A stretch of DNA of 64,000 bases from Hyphomicrobiales bacterium (GTDB lineage: Bacteria; Pseudomonadota; Alphaproteobacteria; Rhizobiales; Rhizobiaceae): NCBI GenBank assembly GCA_002401155.1, contig NVSG01000001.1:905052-969051 (forward strand), given 5' to 3'. Of the stretch, positions 39,358 through 48,376 are shown in pieces. The notes below the pieces were generated by a model. It was not told where the DNA came from, searched no databases, and worked only from the letters and a program-made list of their open reading frames with translations. The position numbers and the translations under genes are program-made. Positions within the stretch are counted from its first letter, which is position 1. Each line of letters begins with the position of its first letter.

Positions 39358-40263
39358 ATGACAATTGAATTTAATGGCCAGGTGGCCATTGTAACAGGCG
39401 CCGGTAACGGCCTTGGAAAATCCCACGCCCTCGAACTTGCCAAACGCGGCGCAAAAGTCGTGGTCAATGATTTTGGTGGCGCCAGAGATGGCGGTTCCGA
39501 TGGCTCCCTATCACCAGCAGAAGCAACCGTTGCAGAAATCAAAGCCGCTGGCGGCGAAGCAATCGCCAATGGTGCCAATGTAGCAAGCTTTGAAGATTGC
39601 GAAAAAATGGTGGCGCAAGCCGTTGAAAAATGGGGCCGCGTTGATATCCTCATCAACAATGCAGGCATTTTGCGCGATCGCTCTTACGGTAAAATGACCA
39701 CGTCCGATTGGGATAGCGTTATCGCCGTCCACCTCACCGGCTCCGGCAATTGTGCCCGTGCCGTCTGGAATCAGATGAAAGAGCAAAGTTACGGCCGCAT
39801 CCTGATGACAACATCCACATCAGGCATCTACGGCAATTTCGGCCAGGCCAACTATGGTGCCGCAAAAATGGGCGTCGTCGGCCTGATGAATACGCTTTGC
39901 ATTGAAGGGGCAAAAAACAACATCCAGATAAATTGCCTGTCGCCAACCGCTGCCACCAGAATGACCGAAGACATCATGACACCGGAAATGCTGGAAGCAT
40001 TAAAACCTGAATATGTAACGCCCGCAGCTATTTTTCTCGTCAGCAAGGACGCACCAAATCACACTGTGATGTTTGCAGGAGCCGGCACTTTCACCACGCT
40101 GGAAATCCACGAAAGCAAGGGCAAGTTTCTCAAGGAAGGTCATCGCAGTGCCGATGACGTTGCAGAAAATTTTGCAGCAATCAACGATATGTCCGATCCG
40201 GATGTCTTTTTGAGCGGCACCGAACACGTAGTAAAGGTTATCGACAACGCAACCAAAACCTAG
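39358..40263 (+). CDS. SDR family 3-hydroxyacyl-CoA dehydrogenase (MFE-2 N-domain-like)
   Basis: Motifs TGAGNGLGK, NNAGI, YGAAKMG. Confidence 0.85.
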   Translation: MTIEFNGQVAIVTGAGNGLGKSHALELAKRGAKVVVNDFGGARDGGSDGSLSPAEATVAEIKAAGGEAIANGANVASFEDCEKMVAQAVEKWGRVDILINNAGILRDRSYGKMTTSDWDSVIAVHLTGSGNCARAVWNQMKEQSYGRILMTTSTSGIYGNFGQANYGAAKMGVVGLMNTLCIEGAKNNIQINCLSPTAATRMTEDIMTPEMLEALKPEYVTPAAIFLVSKDAPNHTVMFAGAGTFTTLEIHESKGKFLKEGHRSADDVAENFAAINDMSDPDVFLSGTEHVVKVIDNATKT

Positions 40264-40273
40264 AGGTAAACCC

Positions 40274-40680
40274 ATGCGCGAAGCAATCATCGTCTCCACC
40301 GCCTGACAATGAGCTCTTCGCGCAGGGTTACCCACCTGCGTTCCCGGCATGATGCTGGACCGCCAATACGCACCAAGCCTGATTGGCATGGCCCGGTTTT
40401 AGCCGTCCTCAAATTGCTCAATGCCCATGGCTTGAAGGTAGATGATATCGGCCTTTGGGAATTGAACGGTGCGTTTGCCTGTCAGGCCATTTATTATCGC
40501 GACATCCTCGGCATTGATCCCGAAATTACAATGTAGGCGGTGGCGCAATACCCATCGCCGCCCCTATAACATGTCAGGCACCCTTATGACTAGGCATGCA
40601 TTGATTGAAGGAAAGCGAAGAGGTATCAAATACGTCGTTGTAACCATGCGTATGGGCGGGGCGGATTTCTTTAAAATTAC
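40274..40680 (+). pseudogene. thiolase (acetyl-CoA C-acyltransferase) pseudogene: N-terminal stub plus frameshifted C-terminal remnant
   Basis: MREAIIVSTA is followed directly by TGA. Downstream, in shifted frames: GPVLAVLKLLNAHGLKVDDIGLWELNGAFACQAIYYRDILGIDPE, then NVGGGAIPIAAP, then YNMSGTLMTRHALIEGKRRGIKYVVVTMRMGG. The roughly 270-aa middle, including the catalytic Cys, is missing. Confidence 0.8.
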
Positions 40681-40730
40681 ATTAAAACAATCCAGAAGCA
40701 CTTGTAATCATTGTTTAAAATGTAAAATCA

Positions 40731-40763
40731 AACAAAAAACTTACGTTACGTAAGTTTTTTGTT
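40731..40763. terminator. perfect 16-bp palindrome between convergent genes (bidirectional terminator candidate)
   Basis: AACAAAAAACTTACGT-T-ACGTAAGTTTTTTGTT. The A/T runs supply a U-tract in both directions. Confidence 0.55.
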
Positions 40764-40925
40764 GTAATCGATAGGTAACCTGATGTAAGACTTTAGTGTC
40801 AAGAGTCGAAGCACCCCCCAGCCTATTACGCTTTGACAATCAGAGACGAACATTCTTATGAACTTATCTGACTTGACAAAGAAGCCGAGCTAACCACATA
40901 GCTCGGCTTCTTGATTTCAAAATGG

Positions 40926-42131
40926 CTATTTTTCCCCAACAGCGCCGGATTTTTTGATGTTTTCAATGTCTTCATCGCTATAGCCAAGCTCAGAAAGTAT
41001 CGCCAGATTATCCTCCCCCATAAGAGGCGCATCGCGGTAAATACGCGCTGGCGAATCAGTAAATTTCACAGGATTATTAACCGCCAGATATTCACCTTCA
41101 CTGGGATGGCTCCGTTGTTCAATAAATCCGGTATCGATCATTTGCGGGTCCTCCAGAACATCATCCAGCGATTGCACCTTCATACAAGGCACATTCGCCG
41201 CGCCAAGTTCGCTCATCCACTCGGCAGTGGTTTTTTGCAAGGCAATCTCTTCGAGATGACCGTACAGCTCAGTGATATTTTCCGTACGCTTGGGATAGGT
41301 TGAAAACCGCTCGTCATCCATCAGTTCAGGACGTCCGCCAAGCTTAAAGAAATCAGCCCAATTAGCGGTAGTATACGGCATGATGCCGATATAACCATCC
41401 TTGGTTTTATAGGGTTTGCGCTGAGGATTAATCGAACGGGCATAGGTGGTCCCACCCTTTGGCGGCACAAAAGTGCGCCCGTAGAGATTTTCAGCCATGG
41501 TGAAATTTACCATGCATTCCAACATCGGCACCTCGATAAATTGCCCCCGCCCCGTGCGCTCTTTGTGCAAAAAACCAGCCATCATGGCATAGGCCGCATA
41601 AAGCCCGGTGGTTTTATCAGCCACCAACCCCGGAAAATAACGCGGCGCTTCACTGCCATCCTGCAAAGGCAGCATCGAGGCCATCCCGCTGGCACATTGT
41701 ATCAGATCGTCATAGGCCTGCCGCTCGGCATAAACACCATCAGAACCATACCCCACCGCATGCACATAGAGGATTTCAGGATTGATCGCCTTAACGCTGT
41801 CATAGTCAAAGCCCAGCCGACGCATACCGCCAGCGCGAATATTATGGATAATCCCGTCAGCACCGGCGATCAATTTACGCAAAATCTCCTTCGCCTCATC
41901 CTTACGCAAATCCAGCGTCAAAGCGCGTTTATTGCGATTGATCGTCAGATAGATCGAGCCCATGCCATGAGAAACATGCGGCCCCGCATGACGCATCACA
42001 TCGCCCTCGGGCGTTTCGATCTTGATGACCTCCGCCCCAAGATCTCCCAACATCTGGGTACAAAATGGCCCTAACACCACACTGGTCAAATCCAGAATTT
42101 TATACCCACTCAAAACGCCTTGTTTATTCAA
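40926..42131 (-). CDS. family III CoA-transferase (CaiB/BaiF-like)
   Basis: GYKILDLTSVVLGPFCTQMLGDLGAEVIKIE. I prefer the TTG start at 42131 (~401 aa). The ORF-track start at 42245 would overlap the divergent thioesterase gene. Confidence 0.85.
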   Translation of the reverse strand: MNKQGVLSGYKILDLTSVVLGPFCTQMLGDLGAEVIKIETPEGDVMRHAGPHVSHGMGSIYLTINRNKRALTLDLRKDEAKEILRKLIAGADGIIHNIRAGGMRRLGFDYDSVKAINPEILYVHAVGYGSDGVYAERQAYDDLIQCASGMASMLPLQDGSEAPRYFPGLVADKTTGLYAAYAMMAGFLHKERTGRGQFIEVPMLECMVNFTMAENLYGRTFVPPKGGTTYARSINPQRKPYKTKDGYIGIMPYTTANWADFFKLGGRPELMDDERFSTYPKRTENITELYGHLEEIALQKTTAEWMSELGAANVPCMKVQSLDDVLEDPQMIDTGFIEQRSHPSEGEYLAVNNPVKFTDSPARIYRDAPLMGEDNLAILSELGYSDEDIENIKKSGAVGEK

Positions 42132-42207
42132 TTCAATTCTCCGTATATGGACACTGGCCGACTTAGCCGTACAATCATCCAACCACAAAAAAAGGCAGGC
42201 TGCACCC

Positions 42208-42675
42208 ATGGATGCGACAAAACCAATCAAAATTTTCCAGACCACCGTGGCGCAGGATTGGATCGACTATAACGGCCACATGACCGAGGCCCGCTACCTC
42301 CACTTAATGAGCGAAGGCTCCGACGAATTCCTACGCCAAATCGGCATGGACATGGCCTATGTAGCCACTGGCTTCTCCTATTATTCCGTAGAAACCCACA
42401 TCATAAACAAAGCCGAAATCCGAGGTGGTGAACCGGTAGCGGTAGAGTTCCAACTGCTGGACTGGAGCGAAAAAAAGCTCCACATTTTTCAACGGATATT
42501 GCATGGGGGAACAGGGCAAGAGCTAGCCAGCGGGGAACAGATATTGCTGCATGTGGATATGAAGGCGAATAAGGTCGTGGCAGCTGGTGCTGGGATACTT
42601 GAGCGGTTACGGTCGATTGCTGAAGCACAATTAAAATTAGTTTGGCCGGATAATGCTGGGCGGGTTGGGAAATAA
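42208..42675 (+). CDS. hotdog-fold acyl-CoA thioesterase (YbgC/4HBT-like)
   Basis: VAQDWIDYNGHMTEARYLHLMSEG...YYSVETHI. I place the start at ATG 42208; the ORF-track start is 42022. Confidence 0.8.
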   Translation: MDATKPIKIFQTTVAQDWIDYNGHMTEARYLHLMSEGSDEFLRQIGMDMAYVATGFSYYSVETHIINKAEIRGGEPVAVEFQLLDWSEKKLHIFQRILHGGTGQELASGEQILLHVDMKANKVVAAGAGILERLRSIAEAQLKLVWPDNAGRVGK

Positions 42676-42853
42676 TTTTAGTCACACATTGAGAAAAAAT
42701 TGTAAGAAAATAGTAATTAGCAGTAATGAAGGTAATTACTTGCTCTCGAATAAACGGCGATATCAATTGGAAATACAGAATATTGCAGTAGTATATACCC
42801 AATGAAAGAGTACACTAAAAAACTTCATACAGACTCTTGGATTTCAGCACCTA

Positions 42854-43657
42854 ATGGCAACCATCAATAATCAAAAGTGCGAAGCAACTACTCTCAACGG
42901 AAAACGATGCAAAAACCATAAACTTAACGGAAGTAAATTTTGTAAAGTTCACCAATATATGGATGAATCTCAAATAACATCAGATATATTAAACGATTTC
43001 TTTGATGCTATTCTTGACGTCAAAGTAATCCAAAAAACTGCATCATATATAATACAAGGAATAATCGCGGTTTCTGCTGGAGCCTTAGCGACAACTTTTA
43101 CACTATCTACATTCTTTAACCGTGGCAGTGGCACCCATCTATTCGAAACTGTTTCCGAGTTCATAATACTTGCCGCACCAATTCTATTTTTTGTGTTTGT
43201 AGTATCTATATCGACATCTTTACTTTTACTAAAAATATCAAGCACCTCAACCTTTACCAGCACAATGCCGGAGAAAGAGGACATGACCGAACTTATGCGT
43301 GAACCGCTTCATGAAACCACCCGAAAAACAAGAAGGAATTTACTTTTTATTAGCCTTATTGGCTTCACCATGACATTGGGGGGAATAACGCCAAAAAAAG
43401 TGGACGCGCTTGGTATTGAGGTGACGGATATTAACAAGGCAAATTTACTCATCATCGCTTTTTTTATTATTGGATATTTGCTTCTCTCATTTTCTATATT
43501 TGTTCGAAACGACATTGTTAATTTTATGATCAAAGCGCCTCACATGAAGCGCCACATGAAATCAAATATGTTACTACGGCTATGGTTCGAAGCAGGGTTA
43601 CCGGTAATCGTTGGAGCTTTTTCACTCACATTTTTGCTTAAACAAATCTGGTTTTAG
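42854..43657 (+). CDS. orphan membrane protein with an N-terminal C-X9-C-X10-C-X2-H zinc-ribbon-like motif; low GC
   Basis: KCEATTLNGKRCKNHKLNGSKFCKVH (C9, C19, C30, H33), followed by about 5 hydrophobic helices. Hand-counted 60-nt lines give ~30-32% GC, against ~60% in the neighbouring gene. Confidence 0.65.
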   Translation: MATINNQKCEATTLNGKRCKNHKLNGSKFCKVHQYMDESQITSDILNDFFDAILDVKVIQKTASYIIQGIIAVSAGALATTFTLSTFFNRGSGTHLFETVSEFIILAAPILFFVFVVSISTSLLLLKISSTSTFTSTMPEKEDMTELMREPLHETTRKTRRNLLFISLIGFTMTLGGITPKKVDALGIEVTDINKANLLIIAFFIIGYLLLSFSIFVRNDIVNFMIKAPHMKRHMKSNMLLRLWFEAGLPVIVGAFSLTFLLKQIWF

Positions 43658-43708
43658 TTTGCTTCATTGATTTATTTGTTTCCCAAAACACTCAGCAAGC
43701 TTAAGCTT

Positions 43709-44956
43709 CTACCACAAAAAATGCCGAGGCGATCCAATCGCTTCCTCATACCACTTCGCCAGAATATCCCGCTCTTCCATCGTGACAGAAGTCAAATTCC
43801 CCGGTGGCATCGCGTTTGAGCGGCCTGCGTGTTTGTAGATCAATTCTGCATGACGAACGATGTCTGCATCTTCTTCCAGCACCACCAGCTTCGGCGTGAT
43901 GGTCAGGCCTTCCCACACGGGCTCCTGCGCATGACACATGGAGCAGCGGCTGATGACGATATCGCGCACCATATCGAAGGATGGCGCATTGGCCAATTTC
44001 AGTTCGGTTTCTGTTGGTGCGTGGCTGGAACTTGCGGTTTCCTCATTGTTCACCGGCCCTGCCTGCGATAGCCACATGATGATAATGAAGCAAATAGTTG
44101 CCACCAGCCATGTCCAATGCGGCTCACCTTTTTTGGCGTGATGCATGTTGAAGAAGTGACGGATAACCACCCCAATCACCAGCACCAGCGCAATGATAAT
44201 CCAGCTATATTGCGTGGAATGGGCTAGCGGATAATGGTTAGAAAGCATCAGAAACAGCACCGGCAAGGTGAGGTAATTATTATGCATCGAGCGCTGTTTT
44301 GCCTGCATACCAAGGGCAGGATCAGGCGCCTTGCCAGCCAAGAGCGCGGCCACTGTTTTCTTCTGGTTGGGAATGATGATCATGATCACATTGGCCGACA
44401 TGATCGTTGCAATCAGCGCGCCCGTATGAACAAACGCCCCGCGCCCGGAAAACACCTGCAAAAAGCCCCAGCCGATCGCCACCACAAAGATAAACACCAG
44501 CACAGAAAGCAGATTGTCATTCTTGCCAATGGGAGAATTACAAAGAAAATTATAAAGCACCCAGCCAAGTATCATGCCGCCAAAGCCGATCCCGATGGCT
44601 TGCCACTGGCTCAAATCATAAATATTGCGATCAATCAAAAACAGCTCCGACGAACCGTAATAAAGGACGCACATCATGAAAAACCCGGAAATCCACGTGG
44701 CATAGGATTCCCATTTAAACCATGTCAGTTCCTCCGGCATGGATGCCGGGGCCACCGTATATTTCTGCATGTGGTAAAACCCGCCCCCATGCACTTGCCA
44801 CGTATCGCCGGAAACACCCTCCGGCAGGCCATCATGCTTTTTCAGGCTCAGATCGAGCGCGATGAAATAAAACGACGAACCAATCCACGCAATCCCGGTG
44901 ATCACATGCACCCAGCGAATTGCAAAATTAAGCCAGTCCCAGACAATCGGCCACAT
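43709..44956 (-). CDS. puuD: urate hydroxylase PuuD (membrane protein with C-terminal cytochrome c domain)
   Basis: N-terminus LNFAIRWVHVITGIAWIGSSFYFIALDLSL, a multi-TM region, and a C-terminal CSMCHAQEP haem site. It sits next to uraH. Confidence 0.85.
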   Translation of the reverse strand: MWPIVWDWLNFAIRWVHVITGIAWIGSSFYFIALDLSLKKHDGLPEGVSGDTWQVHGGGFYHMQKYTVAPASMPEELTWFKWESYATWISGFFMMCVLYYGSSELFLIDRNIYDLSQWQAIGIGFGGMILGWVLYNFLCNSPIGKNDNLLSVLVFIFVVAIGWGFLQVFSGRGAFVHTGALIATIMSANVIMIIIPNQKKTVAALLAGKAPDPALGMQAKQRSMHNNYLTLPVLFLMLSNHYPLAHSTQYSWIIIALVLVIGVVIRHFFNMHHAKKGEPHWTWLVATICFIIIMWLSQAGPVNNEETASSSHAPTETELKLANAPSFDMVRDIVISRCSMCHAQEPVWEGLTITPKLVVLEEDADIVRHAELIYKHAGRSNAMPPGNLTSVTMEERDILAKWYEEAIGSPRHFLW

Positions 44957-44958
44957 AA

Positions 44959-45315
44959 TTAGCTCCCCCTATAGGTTGAGTAGCCAAAAGCCGAAATCAG
45001 CAGCGGCACATGATAGTGCGAGCTTGCATCGGCAATGCCAAAGCGAATGGGAACCACATCAAGAAACAGCGGATCGGGCAAATCCCCACCCTGCTTCTTG
45101 AGATAATCCCCCGCCGCAAAATGCAATTCGTATGTACCAATGGCAAACTCGGTTTCATCCAGTATAGGCCCATCGCAACGCCCATCAGAATTGGTCACAA
45201 CCGATTTCAGCTTTTCCAAAACCCCGTCATTATCGCGATAAAGCGTAATCGCCAGACCACTCGCCGGTTTACCGCTCGCCGTATCCAGAACATGGGTCGT
45301 CAAAAATCCGCTCAT
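44959..45315 (-). CDS. uraH: 5-hydroxyisourate hydrolase
   Basis: Transthyretin-like: [16 protein letters not shown] and the C-terminal [18 protein letters not shown]. Confidence 0.9.
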   Translation of the reverse strand: MSGFLTTHVLDTASGKPASGLAITLYRDNDGVLEKLKSVVTNSDGRCDGPILDETEFAIGTYELHFAAGDYLKKQGGDLPDPLFLDVVPIRFGIADASSHYHVPLLISAFGYSTYRGS

Positions 45316-45440
45316 AGCTTGAATGCCTTCAAATATTTTTCACCAAACGCTTGACTGAATCCCACCCCATGCGCATGGTTTTCTCAACGTAAGCCAGTTT
45401 TGACCCTTTAACGCGGTTTGGCAATACCTTCGGCGGCGAC

Positions 45441-46859
45441 ATGAACAGATACCCAAGAGATTTCCGCGGCAACGGCCCAAAAGGGCTCGACCCAAAATGG
45501 CCCAATGGCGCGAAGATCGCCGTTCAGTTCGTCATCAATTACGAAGAAGGCGGCGAGAACAATATCCTGCATGGAGATGCTGCATCCGAAGCGTTCCTTT
45601 CCGAAATCGTAGGGGCTGCCCCATGGCAAGGCCAGCGCCATTGGAACATGGAAACCATCTATGAATATGGCGCACGCGCAGGCTTTTGGCGCTTGCATAA
45701 AATGTTCACAGAATTTGAAATTCCAGTTACCGTTTATGGCGTTGCAACGGCCCTCGCCCGCGCACCGGAACAAGTCGCAGCCATGCAGGAAGCCGATTGG
45801 GAAATCGCCACGCACGGACTAAAATGGATCGAATATAAAGACTACACACCAGAAGCCGAACGCGCCGATATCGTAGAAGCAATCCGCCTCCACACCGAAG
45901 TCACCGGCAGCGCTCCGCAAGGCTGGTATACGGGCCGCTGCTCAATCAATACCGTTGATCTCGTTTCCGAGCAAGAAGGCATAGCCTATTGTTCCGACTC
46001 TTATTCTGACGATCTACCCTATTGGCATGACACAGGCGAAAAGCCCTTGCTCGTCATCCCCTACACCCTCGATAGCAACGACATGCGCTTTGCAATTCCG
46101 GCGGGGTTCAACAGCGGCGACCCGTTCTACACCTACCTCAAAGACTCCTTCGATATCCTCTATGCCGAGGGCTGCGAAGGCGCGCCAAAAATGTTCAACA
46201 TCGGCCTCCATTGCCGCATCGTTGGACGCCCCGGACGTATCGCCGCGCTCAAACGATTCATCGAATATGCGATGGGCCATGAAGATGTGTGGTTCCCGCG
46301 CCGCATCGATATCGCCAATCACTGGTTTGAGCATCACCCCTATAAACCATTCGACCGTCCAAGCCGGATGGAGCAGAAAAAATTCGTCGCCACCTATGGC
46401 GGTGTATTTGAGCATTCCCCATGGATTGCCGAGCGCGCCCACGCAGATGAACTCGGCCCCGCCCATGATTGCGCCGTGGGCCTCCATTCCGCATTAGCCA
46501 GAAAATTCCGCTCCGCAAGCCATGACGAAAAACTAGGCGTTCTAAACGCCCATCCAGACCTTGCCGGAAAGCTCGCGGCAGCCAAACAGCTCACCGCAGA
46601 ATCCACCAGCGAACAAGCCGCCGCCGGTCTCGACGCATTGACCGACGAAGAGCGCACCACCTTCACTGGCCTCAATAACGATTACGTCGCTAAGTTCAGT
46701 TTCCCTTTCATCATCGCTGTAAAAGGTCTGACCAAATCTGACATATTGGCAGCATTCAAAAGCCGTATTAATAACGACGCAGAAGCCGAATTTTCCACTG
46801 CTTGCCAACAAGTAGAAAAAATTGCCCGCCTGCGCCTCAACGACCTGCTACCGGAGTAA
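45441..46859 (+). CDS. puuE: fusion of PuuE-type allantoinase (polysaccharide deacetylase fold) and OHCU decarboxylase
   Basis: The N-terminal ~300 aa carry YPRDFRGNGP...INYEEGGE...HG of PuuE. The C-terminal ~165 aa carry FVATYGGVFEHSPWIAERA...LNAHPDLAGK...FPFIIAVKG of UraD. Confidence 0.85.
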   Translation: MNRYPRDFRGNGPKGLDPKWPNGAKIAVQFVINYEEGGENNILHGDAASEAFLSEIVGAAPWQGQRHWNMETIYEYGARAGFWRLHKMFTEFEIPVTVYGVATALARAPEQVAAMQEADWEIATHGLKWIEYKDYTPEAERADIVEAIRLHTEVTGSAPQGWYTGRCSINTVDLVSEQEGIAYCSDSYSDDLPYWHDTGEKPLLVIPYTLDSNDMRFAIPAGFNSGDPFYTYLKDSFDILYAEGCEGAPKMFNIGLHCRIVGRPGRIAALKRFIEYAMGHEDVWFPRRIDIANHWFEHHPYKPFDRPSRMEQKKFVATYGGVFEHSPWIAERAHADELGPAHDCAVGLHSALARKFRSASHDEKLGVLNAHPDLAGKLAAAKQLTAESTSEQAAAGLDALTDEERTTFTGLNNDYVAKFSFPFIIAVKGLTKSDILAAFKSRINNDAEAEFSTACQQVEKIARLRLNDLLPE

Positions 46860-46864
46860 ATATT

Positions 46865-47905
46865 TTGCAAGACTCAACTGACACCCCCTTGCCCGATTTC
46901 ATCGATGGCACCATCAATCTAGCCTCCGCCAGTCTTGGCGCAACGGCGGTTTTCGCAACCGATGATTTCTTCGCCCCCCTCTCACGCATGTTGAATGACG
47001 GCGATGCTATATTCGTTCCCGATAAATATGACGACAACGGCAAATGGATGGATGGCTGGGAATCCCGACGCAAACGCACCCCCGGCCATGATTGGGCAAT
47101 CATCAAACTGGCCCGCCCCGGCACCATTGCCGGTTTCGATATCGATACAGCCCATTTCACCGGCAACAATGCACCTGCAGCCTCAATCGAAGCGGTGCAA
47201 ATGGACGAAGGCGAAGTGCCCGACGAGAATTCCGATTGGCAGGAAATTCTATCAACGAAAATCCTCAGCCCCGACAGCCATCATTTTCACCCGATTGATG
47301 AAGACGAAATGGGCGAAAAAGTCTGGACCCATTTGCGCCTACACATCTATCCAGATGGCGGCGTTGCAAGATTACGGGTCTATGGCCAAAGCCATTTTGA
47401 CTGGAGCAAGGTGAAGGATAATCAGCAGATCGATCTGGCCTTCCTGTTTCATGGAGCCAAACCCCTGAACTGGTCCGACTCTCACTACGGTTCTCCGGAA
47501 AAACTGCTAACCCCCGGCAGAGGCGTCGATATGGGCGATGGCTGGGAAACCGCACGACGCCGCGGCCCCGGCTATGATTGGGTTATCATTAAATTAGGCC
47601 ATGCGGGCACCATCTCGGATATCATCATCGATACGGCACACTTTAAGGGCAATTATCCCGAAACTGGCGAAGTGTTGGGAGCATACCTTCCGGACCTCGA
47701 CGCCCGGTTATCGCTTGGAGAAATAGATAAATCCGAGGATTGGGAAGTCATCCTGCCACAGCAAAAATTGAAGATGGACCACATCCATAAATACAGCTCA
47801 AAAAAGCTAACCTCAAAAGAACCGGTAACCCATATCCGTTTCAACATTCGCCCTGATGGGGGCGTAAGCCGGTTACGGATTAACGGCAAAATCTTCCGCG
47901 GTTAG
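46865..47905 (+). CDS. alc: allantoicase
   Basis: Two allantoicase repeats (DGWESRRKR...DTAHFTGN and DGWETARRR...DTAHFKGNYP). TTG 46865 lies 5 nt after the upstream stop and is preceded by GGAG. The ORF-track start is 46802. Confidence 0.85.
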   Translation: MQDSTDTPLPDFIDGTINLASASLGATAVFATDDFFAPLSRMLNDGDAIFVPDKYDDNGKWMDGWESRRKRTPGHDWAIIKLARPGTIAGFDIDTAHFTGNNAPAASIEAVQMDEGEVPDENSDWQEILSTKILSPDSHHFHPIDEDEMGEKVWTHLRLHIYPDGGVARLRVYGQSHFDWSKVKDNQQIDLAFLFHGAKPLNWSDSHYGSPEKLLTPGRGVDMGDGWETARRRGPGYDWVIIKLGHAGTISDIIIDTAHFKGNYPETGEVLGAYLPDLDARLSLGEIDKSEDWEVILPQQKLKMDHIHKYSSKKLTSKEPVTHIRFNIRPDGGVSRLRINGKIFRG

Positions 47906-48367
47906 CGCATAAGCCTTGCCAAATCCGCCATTGAGATTGGCCCGTTCGATTTCCAATCGGTAGAACTGGAAGTCGCCGAAATCAATATAAAGCTTCGCCT
48001 TTGGATGCTGCTCAAGATAGGGATCGCGCAGGCGGTCCCGCTCTTCCGATTTTCGTTCAATGATCACCGCATTACATATCAAAGTAATGCGCGGATGGGC
48101 CAGCGGATCGCCCTTGCCCGGCTCGCCCAAAAGCACAGAACATTTATTATTCTTCGCCAGACATTTGGAATGAATGGAAAGTTCAGAAGCCAGAAATATC
48201 GGGCGCCCCTCAGGGTCAGTGGCAATCGCTACCCTGCTCACCAGCGGCACGCCGGTATCAGGCTCCTGCACCGCAATCGCACCAAAGTTAGCTTCCGCAA
48301 TCAGCTTGCGCGCAAGAATGCGGGCGTCATCATCAGTATCGCGAATTACTTTTTTCTCTTCAGCCAT
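47873..48367 (-). CDS. pyridoxamine 5'-phosphate oxidase-fold protein (HugZ-like)
   Basis: 164 aa with ARKLIAEANFGAIAV...PLVSRVAIATDPEGRPIFLAS. The assignment is from general resemblance only. Confidence 0.65.
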   Translation of the reverse strand: MAEEKKVIRDTDDDARILARKLIAEANFGAIAVQEPDTGVPLVSRVAIATDPEGRPIFLASELSIHSKCLAKNNKCSVLLGEPGKGDPLAHPRITLICNAVIIERKSEERDRLRDPYLEQHPKAKLYIDFGDFQFYRLEIERANLNGGFGKAYALTAEDFAVNP

Positions 48368-48376
48368 TTAATCCCC

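Noticed and set aside
39270-39668. 132-aa minus-strand ORF across the MaoC/SDR intergenic region and the SDR 5' end.
   Set aside because: It is antisense to the SDR Rossmann motif region. The translation is rich in Ala/Ser/Pro with no features, so it is a shadow ORF.
40309-40753. ORF-track entries 40309..40536 and 40469..40753 as independent small genes.
   Set aside because: Their translations are contiguous pieces of a thiolase C-terminus in different frames. They are fragments of the pseudogene, not separate genes.
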